A stretch of 64,000 nt of DNA from positions 266 through 64,265 of the forward strand of contig CABWKN010000093.1 in assembly GCA_902505605.1 (NCBI GenBank), written 5' to 3'. The position numbers and the translations under genes are program-made. The DNA comes from Candidatus Guanabacterium sedimentis. GTDB taxonomy: Bacteria > Acidobacteriota > B3-B38 > Guanabaribacteriales > B3-B38. Numbering within the stretch: position 1 is the stretch's first letter; each line of letters begins with the position of its first letter. Under the pieces are notes generated by a model. It had not been told where the DNA came from, did not search any database, and saw only the letters and a list, made by a program, of their open reading frames with translations. This document shows positions 47,744-56,893 of the stretch, one piece after another.

Positions 47744-48049
47744 ATGCTTGCTCAATTCAGCATTACTCCCATAGGGAAAGATGCGAGGATTGGTGAATAT
47801 GTTGCTCAAATTCTCAAGATTGTCGATGAGCGAGGACTGGATTACCAATTCACAGCCATGTCCACCCTGGTGGAAGGAGAATGGTATGAAGTGATGCAGT
47901 TGATAAGAGATTGCCACAATCTTATGAGAAACTTCGCTGAGCGGATAATGACCACCATTATTATAGATGATTTTGCCGGGAGAACTGGTAGATTAAAAGG
48001 TAAGGTCGAGAATGTGGAAGAGATGCTGGGAAAGAAGCTGAAAACCTGA
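47744..48049 (+). CDS. MTH1187/YkoF-like (UPF0045) thiamine-binding family protein
   Basis: MLAQFSITPIG, GLDYQFTAMSTLVEG, IIDD...L.GKV..VEE; 101 aa. Confidence 0.85.
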   Translation: MLAQFSITPIGKDARIGEYVAQILKIVDERGLDYQFTAMSTLVEGEWYEVMQLIRDCHNLMRNFAERIMTTIIIDDFAGRTGRLKGKVENVEEMLGKKLKT

Positions 48050-48319
48050 ACCCGGCTGGTGAGCATCAAGCCCTTAAAGCTCTTTTAGGGAGAGCGTCAG
48101 TTAATACAAATGGGGAAAGGTTCGCTGTTTCTCTTAGTTTCTCTCTGATAAGTAGGGGAGTTTTGATTGACTTATTCACCTACAGTGAAGTAGCATATCT
48201 TAAGTTAGCCATGATGGAATATTAATTTCTACTTAGAGGATATCTTTTTAAGTGCTTTTACTTTGTCATAAGAGATTTTGAAGAAGGAGCAAAATTTAAC
48301 TATAAAGGAAAGAAGTTTA

Positions 48320-49318
48320 ATGGAATACAGCAGATTGAGAAATTTAAAAGGAAAAGAAATTTTGATAACCGGTGGAGCGGGGATGATCGGCAGTACCATA
48401 GCCAATCTTGCTGTTCCCTTAGGGGCGAAGGTCACCATCCTTGATGCGATGTTGCCCTTATACGGGGGAAACAGGTTCAACTTAGAAAAGATAAAAGATG
48501 ATATAGTCTTTATTGAGGGGGATATAAGAGACTTTGAGCTGATGCAGAAGGTAATTGTGGGAAAGAATGTAATTTTCGACTTAGCCGCTCAGGTGAGCTA
48601 TATAGATAGTATCGCTCAGCCTTTCGTAGATTTAGAAATAAACTGCCAAGGGCATCTGAATGTGCTGGAGGCTTGTCGTCTCCACAACAAGGAGGCTAAG
48701 ATTATATTTTCCAGCTCCCGCTTCGTCTACGGCTCCATTGAGTACAACCCGGTGGATGAGGCTCATCCGTTTAACTGTCTGAGTATATACGGCATCCATA
48801 AGCTTACCGCAGAAAAATACTTCGCTTTCTACCATCGTTATTATGGAATATCCACGGTCATCTTCAGGATTGCCAATCCTTTCGGTCCTCGACAGCAGAT
48901 GAAGCACAGCCGCTATGGCATTCTTAATTGGTTTATCAAGCTGGCTCTGGAGGGGAAGGAGTTGACTATTTACGGAGAAGGAGAACAGGTTCGCGATTAT
49001 ATATATGTAACCGACGTGGCTGATGCCATGCTGTTGGCTGCATTTAATGAGAGCTTGCGGCACGATGTCTTCAATCTGGGTACGGGAATCGGGACGAATT
49101 TCAAGGAGATGGTGAGGAAGGTAGGCTCCTTCCTGCCGAATACAAAGGTAGTGAATACGCAGTGGCCTAAAGATTCCGCTTTTGTGGAAACCGGGGATTA
49201 CATCACCGACATAAGCAAGCTCTCCCGGCGGTTGGGCTGGAAACCTCGGATTTCCTTGGGCGAGGGGATTAAAAAAACTATCAGCTATTATCAGAAATAT
49301 AAACATAAATATTGGTGA
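48320..49318 (+). CDS. NAD-dependent nucleotide-sugar epimerase/dehydratase
   Basis: LITGGAGMIGS, YGIHK (YxxxK), NPFGPRQ, GEGEQVRDYIYV; start could be the TTG at 48278. Confidence 0.9.
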   Translation: MEYSRLRNLKGKEILITGGAGMIGSTIANLAVPLGAKVTILDAMLPLYGGNRFNLEKIKDDIVFIEGDIRDFELMQKVIVGKNVIFDLAAQVSYIDSIAQPFVDLEINCQGHLNVLEACRLHNKEAKIIFSSSRFVYGSIEYNPVDEAHPFNCLSIYGIHKLTAEKYFAFYHRYYGISTVIFRIANPFGPRQQMKHSRYGILNWFIKLALEGKELTIYGEGEQVRDYIYVTDVADAMLLAAFNESLRHDVFNLGTGIGTNFKEMVRKVGSFLPNTKVVNTQWPKDSAFVETGDYITDISKLSRRLGWKPRISLGEGIKKTISYYQKYKHKYW

Positions 49319-49353
49319 TGCCCGAGACATAAGGGTCAAGGAGTTACTATCTC

Positions 49354-49812
49354 ATGACAGCGGCAGCAGAAATGAGGTTGAAAGCAATCGGAGTGGTGCA
49401 CTCACCCTTCCAGGAACCGGGGGAGATTCCCCGAGGGAAGGAACTTAGGGAGAGCGAGAGCAAGATTGAGGTTTTTCCTGAGTATGCAGGGGGATTAAAG
49501 GATGTGGAGGGCTTTTCCCATCTATACATATTATACTGGATGCATAGAGCGTCGCCTGCCGCTGTACTGGCCAAACCGAGACTTGATGATAAAATGAGGG
49601 GTCTCTTCGCCACCCGAGCCCCCCATAGACCAAATCCCTTGGGGCTTTCTCTGGTGAGGTTGATTAAAGTGGAGGGAAATATCCTCAAAGTAAAGGGACT
49701 GGATGCCATCGACCAGACCCCTATTATAGACATTAAGCCTTACATTCACGGATCAGAACATAGGCAAGAAATAAAAATCGGCTGGTTGGAGGGCAAGATA
49801 AGTCTAAGTTAA
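49354..49812 (+). CDS. tsaA: TsaA/TrmO-family tRNA m6t6A37 methyltransferase-like protein
   Basis: IGVVHSPF, GFSHL..LYWMH, GLFATRAPHRPNPLGLS, LDAIDQTPIIDIKPY. Confidence 0.88.
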   Translation: MTAAAEMRLKAIGVVHSPFQEPGEIPRGKELRESESKIEVFPEYAGGLKDVEGFSHLYILYWMHRASPAAVLAKPRLDDKMRGLFATRAPHRPNPLGLSLVRLIKVEGNILKVKGLDAIDQTPIIDIKPYIHGSEHRQEIKIGWLEGKISLS

Positions 49813-49833
49813 TATGTGTATTAAGGTCTGAAT

Positions 49834-51132
49834 ATGGAAAAAGTTATTGAATTCATCAGAAAAAAATCCGCTCGAGTAGCTGTAATCGGATTGGGGTATG
49901 TGGGATTCCCCCTGTTAGTTGAACTGGGCAAGGTGGGCTTCGAGGTGGTAGGAATTGACATTGACAAGAAGAGAGTGGATTCCATAAATAGAGGAGAGTC
50001 TTATATCTTTGATATTGATAGCAACGAGCTTGGAGCTTTGGTGAAGAGGGGGAGAATTTCCGCTACTGCCGATTATCGCATCTTACGAGGGATTGATGTT
50101 ATCTGTATCTGCGTCCCCACATCTCTGAATAAGACCAAGGACCCCGATATTTCCCATATCATTGAATGTTGCCAGGAAATAGCCAAGTACCTCAAAAGAT
50201 GTCAGCTTATATTGGTTGAAAGCACCACCTATCCGGGAACAACAAGGGAGATAATCAAACCCATTTTAGAACAGAGCGGAATGGCAGTGGGGAAAGACTT
50301 TTATCTGGCTTTTTCTCCTGAGCGGATTGACCCGGGCAATAAGGAATACTATCTCGCCAACACTCCCAGGGTGGTCGGAGGTATTACCTCTGCTTGCACC
50401 GAGGTGGCCAGGATATTTTTCCAGCAGATAACAGAGAAAGTAGTGCCAGTTTCCAGCACCGAAAGTGCCGAGATGGTAAAACTTCTGGAGAATACCTTCA
50501 GGAGCGTTAACATCGCTCTGGTCAACGAGGTAGCTATCATTTGCAACAAGCTAAAACTCGATGTATGGGATGTCATAGAAGCTGCTTCCACTAAGCCCTT
50601 CGGTTTTACCCCCTTTTACCCGGGTCCGGGCTCCGGAGGGCATTGTATCCCTGTTAATCCTTATTATCTTTCGTGGAAATTAAAAGAGTTAAATTACCAA
50701 ACTCGCTTTATTGAGCTTGCAGGAAAGATAAATAGGAATATGCCCAATTTTGTTGTCAATCGTCTTGATGAGCTGCTTAACAAGAGAGGCAAGTCTATAA
50801 AAGGCTCCTTTTTCCTGATTTTAGGAGCTGCCTATAAGAGAAACATTAATGATACACGGAAGTCCCCTGCAATAGAGATAATGAGGATTTTAATGAGGAA
50901 AGGGGGGAAAGTTATTTATAACGACCCCTATGTTCCTTATTTAAAGGCTAACAGGAAAACCTTGAGGTCGCAGGCTTTGACTAAAGGGACTCTTGCCCGG
51001 GCTGATTGCGTGGTTATAACTACCGACCATTCTGTCTACGATTATAAATGGATAGTAAGGCATGCTAAACTGATTTTCGACGCCAGAAATGCCACCAAAG
51101 GAGTTGCCAGCAACAAGATAGTCAAGCTTTAA
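49834..51132 (+). CDS. UDP-N-acetylhexosamine 6-dehydrogenase (WbpA/WecC/TviB family)
   Basis: VIGLGYVG, ESTTYPGTT, SPERIDPG, KLLENTFR, PGPGSGGHCIP (catalytic Cys). Confidence 0.92.
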   Translation: MEKVIEFIRKKSARVAVIGLGYVGFPLLVELGKVGFEVVGIDIDKKRVDSINRGESYIFDIDSNELGALVKRGRISATADYRILRGIDVICICVPTSLNKTKDPDISHIIECCQEIAKYLKRCQLILVESTTYPGTTREIIKPILEQSGMAVGKDFYLAFSPERIDPGNKEYYLANTPRVVGGITSACTEVARIFFQQITEKVVPVSSTESAEMVKLLENTFRSVNIALVNEVAIICNKLKLDVWDVIEAASTKPFGFTPFYPGPGSGGHCIPVNPYYLSWKLKELNYQTRFIELAGKINRNMPNFVVNRLDELLNKRGKSIKGSFFLILGAAYKRNINDTRKSPAIEIMRILMRKGGKVIYNDPYVPYLKANRKTLRSQALTKGTLARADCVVITTDHSVYDYKWIVRHAKLIFDARNATKGVASNKIVKL

Positions 51133-51160
51133 CCCATCTGCGGGGCTATCTAATAAATGC

Positions 51161-51189
51161 TTGACACTGCTTTAAATTGATGATATTTT
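51161..51189 (+). promoter_or_regulatory. Putative sigma70 promoter of the romR-like gene
   Basis: TTGACA-N17-TATTTT with TG two bases before the -10. Confidence 0.55.
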
Positions 51190-51240
51190 ATATTTAATTA
51201 AAAGATCACCTAAAAGTCCAAATATAGAGCGGAGGGATTC

Positions 51241-52368
51241 ATGGCAAAAAAAATATTGCTGGCAGATGATAGTTTGACCATTCACCGGGTAGTAGAGCTT
51301 ACCTTTGCAGAGGAAGATTTTGAGCTAATTGCTGCCAGGGATGGAAAACAGGCATTGGAAAAAATCAGAGAAGTCAATCCCGACCTCATAATAGCTGATG
51401 TAAACATGCCAGAAATGGATGGATACGACCTTTGCCAGGAGGTTAAGATGAACCCGGCATTTTCCCATATTCCGGTTATGCTGTTGAAAGGGACATTCGA
51501 ACCGTTCGATGAAGAGAGAGCGAAAAGCGTGAGATACGATGGGATAATCTCCAAGCCTTTTCAGTCAAAGAACTTTATTGCCAAAGTCAAGGAGGTCTTG
51601 TCCGCTTTTAAGCCCATAAGTGAGCCTCCATTAGCTGAGGAAAGGGAGGTTACTGTGGAAGAACCGATCAGCGAAGAAGAAGTGGCAAAAGAAGCCCCAG
51701 AGGAGGTAAGCGAGAAGCCAATAGAGGAAGAAAAAATTAAAGAGGAGATTGAGGTTGAAGAGGAGAAAGAGCTGGAGGAAGCAATGTATAAAATCGAGGA
51801 GCCATCCATTGAGGAAGAAAAAGAGTTTTTGGAGCTGTTAGAGGAAAAGGACGAAGTATCCAAATTGGAGCCTGAACCAGAAAAAGAGGAAATACCGGCA
51901 GAAAAGATAGAGGAAAAACCTTCTCCCCCTGAAGAAGTTGAGACCAAGGAGGTAAAAGTAGAGGAAATGGAAGAAATCAAGATAGAGGAACTCGAAGAAG
52001 AAAAAGTCGAAAAACCTGAGGTTCCCTCAATTGAAGAGGCTGAAGTTGAAATAGAAGTAGAAGCCCCTGTTAAAGAGGAAGAAGCCAAAGAGGAGATTAT
52101 CATCCAGGAGGAGGAGCAGGAAGAGGTGGAGGTGCCTCCTGTGTCAGAGGAGGAAATCCCTATTGTAGAAGAACCCCAGCCTGATGTGGAGGAGCCAGCG
52201 CCAGAAGAAAAGCCAATTGCCCTTTCTGAGGAAGATATAGAAACCATTGTCAAGAAGGTAATGGAGAGAGTGTCGGAGAAAGTAATCAGAGAGATTGCCT
52301 GGGAGGTGGTCCCCGAGCTATCTGAAGAGTTGATAAAAAAGGCTATCGAAGAAATCAAGGAAGAATAG
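51241..52368 (+). CDS. RomR-like response regulator (receiver, acidic disordered linker, RomR-type C-terminal helix)
   Basis: LLADDSLTI, ADVNMP, LLKGTFEPFDE, KPF; C-terminal EKVIREIAWEVVPELSEELIK; directly upstream of valS. Confidence 0.82.
   Translation: MAKKILLADDSLTIHRVVELTFAEEDFELIAARDGKQALEKIREVNPDLIIADVNMPEMDGYDLCQEVKMNPAFSHIPVMLLKGTFEPFDEERAKSVRYDGIISKPFQSKNFIAKVKEVLSAFKPISEPPLAEEREVTVEEPISEEEVAKEAPEEVSEKPIEEEKIKEEIEVEEEKELEEAMYKIEEPSIEEEKEFLELLEEKDEVSKLEPEPEKEEIPAEKIEEKPSPPEEVETKEVKVEEMEEIKIEELEEEKVEKPEVPSIEEAEVEIEVEAPVKEEEAKEEIIIQEEEQEEVEVPPVSEEEIPIVEEPQPDVEEPAPEEKPIALSEEDIETIVKKVMERVSEKVIREIAWEVVPELSEELIKKAIEEIKEE
51620..52235 (+). repeat. Low-complexity GAR-codon-rich tract encoding a Glu/Pro/Lys/Ile/Val-rich linker
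   Basis: Recurring EEKP, EEP, EEE and IEE segments; produces a Ser-rich shadow ORF on the opposite strand. Confidence 0.7.
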
Positions 52369-52466
52369 ACGGGCAAACAAGGTGTAATCTATTAGAACCC
52401 AAATCCTGAGAGGTTGGCATTTACTATAAATAAAGAGAAGAATCCTTTTTCCGAAAGGATAACAAT

Positions 52467-52498
52467 AAAAAGAGTAGGTGAGAAAACCTACTTTTTTT
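52467..52498 (+). terminator. Intrinsic terminator after the romR-like gene
   Basis: AGTAGGT-GAGAAA-ACCTACT hairpin followed by a T tract and preceded by an A tract; a second hairpin ATCCTTT-TTCCG-AAAGGAT lies at 52442-52460. Confidence 0.7.
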
Positions 52499-52513
52499 CT
52501 TTTATGGGTATCG

Positions 52514-52522
52514 TGATATAAT
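52514..52522 (+). promoter_or_regulatory. Extended -10 element for the valS operon
   Basis: TGATATAAT 30 nt upstream of the valS ATG. Confidence 0.5.
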
Positions 52523-52552
52523 TAGAAAAAGAAAGAGCAGGTATACAGATAG

Positions 52553-55210
52553 ATGGAGCTGAGTAAATCGTACGACCCCAAAAAGGTTGAAGAGAAGTGG
52601 TATGCCTACTGGTTGGAAAACAGTCTTTTCCGGGCGAATGCCAATTCAGCTCGCAGGCCTTTCTCTATAGTAATCCCGCCCCCTAATGTAACCGGTGCAC
52701 TTCATATCGGGCATGCCCTCAATAATACCCTGCAGGACATCATAGTTCGCTGGAAAAGGATGCAGGGCTACGATACCCTCTGGCTTCCCGGTACCGACCA
52801 TGCTGGGATAACCACCCAGAATGTGGTAGAGAAGCACCTGGCTACAAAGGGTTTGCACCGAAGTAAGCTTGGCAGGGAGGAGTTTGAAAAAGAGGTCTGG
52901 CGATGGAAGGAAAAAAGCGAAAAAGTTATCATCCGCCAGCTTCAGAAGTTAGGGGCTTCATTAGATTGGTCACGAAACAGATTTACACTGGATGAGGGTC
53001 TCTCCAGAGCGGTGCGGCAGGTCTTCGTTGAACTTTATAATGAGGGTCTTATCTACCGGGATAAATATATTGTAAATTGGTGTCCTCGCTGCAAATCGGC
53101 TATCTCCGACCTGGAAGTGGACCATGTGGATGTGCCGGGCCAACTTTACTATATAAAGTATCCCATTATAGGAACCGATAAGCATGTGGTTATTGCCACC
53201 ACCAGGCCGGAGACCATGCTGGGTGACACTGCACTGGCAGTCCATCCCAAAGATAAAAGGTTCGCCTGGCTCGATGGGAAGAAAGCTCTCCTTCCCCTGG
53301 TTGGTCGAGAAATTCCTATCATAAAAGATTCCTATGTGGATCGCGAGTTCGGAACCGGCACTATGAAAGTGACTCCTGCCCATGACCCTCTCGACTTCCA
53401 GGCTGGTCTGCGGCATAACCTCCCTCAGATACTCATCTTTGATGAAGAGGGAAGGATGAACGAGAATGCCGGCAAGTTCAAGGATTTGGATAGATTCCAG
53501 TGCCGTGAGGAGTTAGTGAGAGAACTTAAAGAAAAGGGATACCTCCTGAAAGTGGAGGACTATAGGCATGCCGTAGGGCATTGCGATAGATGCCGCACAG
53601 TGGTGGAGCCTTATCTATCAACGCAATGGTTCGTGAGAATCAAGCCCTTAGCAGAAGAAGCCTTAGAGGTTGTACAGAAAGGTAAGATTAAATTTATCCC
53701 CTTCCCCTGGACGAAGACATATTACGAGTGGATGACCAACATTCACGATTGGTGCATCTCGCGCCAGTTATGGTGGGGGCATCGTATTCCGGTGTGGCAT
53801 TGCCGCGATTGTCAGGAGATTATTGTGGCGTTAGAAGAGCCGAAACAATGCAATAAGTGTAGTAGTTCCCGTATCTATCAAGATGAAGATGTTCTCGATA
53901 CCTGGTTCAGTTCAGCTCTGTGGCCATTCTCCACCCTCGGATGGCCTGAGAAGACCAAGGATTTGGAAAGATATTATCCAACCACTTTGTTGATAACCGG
54001 CTTCGATATCCTTTTCTTCTGGGTTGCCAGAATGATAATGATGGGAACCAAGTTCATGAAAGCGGTCCCCTTCCACACGGTATATTTTAATGGACTCATT
54101 AGAGATGAACACGGGGATAAGATGAGCAAGTCCAAAGGGAATGTTATTGACTTGCTTGAGGTAATAGATAAATACGGTGCTGACGCCGTCAGGTTTACCT
54201 TAGCAATTATGGCTGCTCCAGGAGTGGATATACCGCTCTCTGAGGGCAGGATGGCTGGGTATCGGGCATTTACCAATAAGCTATGGAATGCCACCCGCTT
54301 TGTCATGCTCAACATAAGCCTTGAGGAAAACTTAACATCTTACAGCAAGTCGGAACTTACCCTGATAGATAGATGGATGAAGAGCCGACTCAATACCGTA
54401 GTGAACGAGGTGAACCAGAACCTGGAGAAATTCCGCTTCCACGAAGCATCTCACACCCTCTACCACTTCATCTGGCACGAGTTCTGCGACTGGTATATTG
54501 AGATGATAAAGCCTCACCTCTCTCACGACCAAGCCAGCCAGCGGCGGAGGCAAGTTGCCAAAGCCATCTTGGTGGAGATTTTCGAGGAGTTAGTGCGTCT
54601 AATTCACCCCTTTATGCCATTTATTACTGAGGAGATATGGCAAAGACTTCCTCACAAAGGTATCTCCATTGCCGCCGCTGAGTACCCCACATATAAGCGC
54701 GATGCCTATGATGAGGAAGCTGAGCAGAAGCAGGGTGCTCTTATGGAGCTGGTAGCCAAGGTGAGAAATATCAGAGCGGAGATGAACATACCACCCTCCA
54801 GATTGATAGACCTGTATTTGGGCATTAAGGATAATCTTTTCAGGGAATTCTTAGAGGAACATAAGGTCCATATTATTAACCTGGCGAGGGTTAAATCTCT
54901 CCATATCGCCCCGTTGCTGCCTCCTATAGAGAGGTGCGCTCGGGGCGTGGTACCCTATGTGGAAATTGCCCTCCCCCTGGCAGGGCTCATAGATTTTGAG
55001 GTAGAACGGCAAAGGCTTCAGAAAGAGATAGCCAGGATAAATGAGGATTTAGTGGCTTTGCGTAAGAAACTCAACAGAAAAGAGTTTCTCACCAAAGCTC
55101 CCTCTGAAGTAGTAGCCAATAACAAAGAGCGATATCGCAGTCTTGAAGAGCGGCTGGCAAAGATGACCGATAGTTTGAGGGTTTTATCAGACCCTGAGAA
55201 GGAGGATTAA
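52553..55210 (+). CDS. valS: Valine--tRNA ligase
   Basis: PPPNVTGALHIGH, ATTRPET, WCISRQLWWGH, DVLDTWFSS, KMSKS, C-terminal coiled coil. Confidence 0.98.
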   Translation: MELSKSYDPKKVEEKWYAYWLENSLFRANANSARRPFSIVIPPPNVTGALHIGHALNNTLQDIIVRWKRMQGYDTLWLPGTDHAGITTQNVVEKHLATKGLHRSKLGREEFEKEVWRWKEKSEKVIIRQLQKLGASLDWSRNRFTLDEGLSRAVRQVFVELYNEGLIYRDKYIVNWCPRCKSAISDLEVDHVDVPGQLYYIKYPIIGTDKHVVIATTRPETMLGDTALAVHPKDKRFAWLDGKKALLPLVGREIPIIKDSYVDREFGTGTMKVTPAHDPLDFQAGLRHNLPQILIFDEEGRMNENAGKFKDLDRFQCREELVRELKEKGYLLKVEDYRHAVGHCDRCRTVVEPYLSTQWFVRIKPLAEEALEVVQKGKIKFIPFPWTKTYYEWMTNIHDWCISRQLWWGHRIPVWHCRDCQEIIVALEEPKQCNKCSSSRIYQDEDVLDTWFSSALWPFSTLGWPEKTKDLERYYPTTLLITGFDILFFWVARMIMMGTKFMKAVPFHTVYFNGLIRDEHGDKMSKSKGNVIDLLEVIDKYGADAVRFTLAIMAAPGVDIPLSEGRMAGYRAFTNKLWNATRFVMLNISLEENLTSYSKSELTLIDRWMKSRLNTVVNEVNQNLEKFRFHEASHTLYHFIWHEFCDWYIEMIKPHLSHDQASQRRRQVAKAILVEIFEELVRLIHPFMPFITEEIWQRLPHKGISIAAAEYPTYKRDAYDEEAEQKQGALMELVAKVRNIRAEMNIPPSRLIDLYLGIKDNLFREFLEEHKVHIINLARVKSLHIAPLLPPIERCARGVVPYVEIALPLAGLIDFEVERQRLQKEIARINEDLVALRKKLNRKEFLTKAPSEVVANNKERYRSLEERLAKMTDSLRVLSDPEKED

Positions 55211-55212
55211 CT

Positions 55213-56055
55213 TTGGTAAAGTTAAACCCCTTTATTATTAACAAAATAGTGAGAGAAGCCTTGGAAGAGGATATTGGTCGTGGCGACATCACCACAGATG
55301 CCCTCATAGATTCGGCAATCAAGGTCAAAGGGGAGTTCATACCAAAAGATGACTTCGTCCTGGCAGGATTCGAGGTAGCCAAGCGGGTTTTCACCGAGCT
55401 GGACCCCGAAGTAAAATTCACCTGCTCATATAAGGAAGGTGACTGGATTTATAAGGGAGGATATTATTTCGCCCTGGCGCAGGGGAGAGCTTCCTCTCTG
55501 CTTAAAGCAGAGCGGGTTGCCCTCAATTTTTTACAGCACACCTGCGGCATTGCCACTCTAACCCGCAGGTTTGTGGAGGCAGTCAAAGATTTGCCGGTAA
55601 TAATTCTGGATACCAGAAAGACCACACCCGGCTTGCGTCACTTGGAGAGGTATGCAGTATGGGTCGGAGGGGGGAGGAACCATCGCTATAACCTGAGCGA
55701 TGGAGTGCTAATTAAAGAGAATCACCTGAGTATCACCAGAGGGGTCGCCCCTACTATCTCTAACTTGAAACAGAAGTCTCCCTTCTTGACCAAGATAGAA
55801 ATTGAGGTGACAAACCTCAGGCAATTCAAGGAGGCTATAGAGGCGGGTGCCGAGGTCATCATGCTCGATAATATGGGAGTGGAAGAGGTCAAGGAAGCGG
55901 TGAAAATAGCTAAAGGCAAGGTTCTGCTGGAGGTATCCGGGGGGATAACCCTCGACAATGTCCGTCAGTATGCTGCCACCGGGGTGAACTACATTTCGGT
56001 GGGTGACTTAACTCACGCCCCCTGGGTGGATATCAGCTTTATTATCGTATCTTGA
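55213..56055 (+). CDS. nadC: Quinolinate phosphoribosyltransferase
   Basis: EDIGRGDITT, ERVALNFLQ, DTRKTTPG, NHRYNL, IKENH, IMLDN, EVSGG. Confidence 0.96.
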   Translation: MVKLNPFIINKIVREALEEDIGRGDITTDALIDSAIKVKGEFIPKDDFVLAGFEVAKRVFTELDPEVKFTCSYKEGDWIYKGGYYFALAQGRASSLLKAERVALNFLQHTCGIATLTRRFVEAVKDLPVIILDTRKTTPGLRHLERYAVWVGGGRNHRYNLSDGVLIKENHLSITRGVAPTISNLKQKSPFLTKIEIEVTNLRQFKEAIEAGAEVIMLDNMGVEEVKEAVKIAKGKVLLEVSGGITLDNVRQYAATGVNYISVGDLTHAPWVDISFIIVS

Positions 56056-56074
56056 ACCTATTTGGCGGAATCTT

Positions 56075-56893
56075 ATGGAACAGAGCTTAACTTTTCTCAA
56101 GCCTTCCCTGATAAGGTCTCAGCTTGCTACCGAGATAATCGGGAAGCGGATCATCTATTTAAGAAGCGTCGATTCTACCAATGCCTGTGCCCTGGAGATG
56201 GCTGCCAGAGGAATACCAGAGGGCACCGTGGTCGTAGCTGAGCAGCAGACCCGCGGGAAAGGGAGGTTGGGAAGGCAGTGGCACTCCCCCCCGGGTAAAG
56301 GTATATATCTATCCATTGTGCTTCGTCCCCGCATAAAAGTTGAATTTCTCACACATTTTAGCATTATCTCTGCCCTGGCAGTGGCTGAGACGGTAGAGGG
56401 ACTGTCACCTTTGACACCTGACATTAAGTGGCCTAACGATGTCCTCCTGCAAAATAAGAAGGTAGCTGGGGTGCTGGTGGAGCTTGGTTCCGAAAACGAT
56501 TCTGTAAGCTATCTGATTGTAGGAATAGGGATTAACCTTTTCCAGAAGGAAGATGATTTCCCTGATGAGTTGAGAGATAAAGCTACTTCCATATTGATTG
56601 AAGGGGGAAAAGTGTCCTGTCGTGAGGAGGTAGTAGTAAAGCTTCTGCAGAATTTCGACCATTGGTACAAAGTTCTGTTAACCTCAGGAGTTACACCTAT
56701 TCTGGAAAGATGGAAGGACTACTCGCACCGCTGGATAGGGAAGGAAGTAAAGGTAGTTACTCCCGAAGGGGAGTTTTTCGGCATCAGCGAGGGAGTGGGA
56801 GATGACGGGAGGTTTCTGGTGAGAAAAGGGGATGGCGAACTCAAAGAGGTCTGGGCAGCCGATATAGTCTCCCTTCAGGAGGTGAATAAATAG
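56075..56893 (+). CDS. birA: Biotin--protein ligase (no N-terminal HTH)
   Basis: DSTN, QTRGKGRLGRQW, IKWPNDV, KVAGVL, GIGIN. Confidence 0.94.
   Translation: MEQSLTFLKPSLIRSQLATEIIGKRIIYLRSVDSTNACALEMAARGIPEGTVVVAEQQTRGKGRLGRQWHSPPGKGIYLSIVLRPRIKVEFLTHFSIISALAVAETVEGLSPLTPDIKWPNDVLLQNKKVAGVLVELGSENDSVSYLIVGIGINLFQKEDDFPDELRDKATSILIEGGKVSCREEVVVKLLQNFDHWYKVLLTSGVTPILERWKDYSHRWIGKEVKVVTPEGEFFGISEGVGDDGRFLVRKGDGELKEVWAADIVSLQEVNK

Noticed and set aside
51561..52376. 271-aa Ser-rich ORF on the minus strand
   Set aside because: Shadow of the Glu-rich romR-like linker (GAR codons read as Ser-rich antisense); no independent coding evidence
52370..52552. T-box riboswitch upstream of valS
   Set aside because: No GGTGGNACC T-box motif or specifier stem; the hairpin fits a romR terminator and a promoter element lies downstream of it
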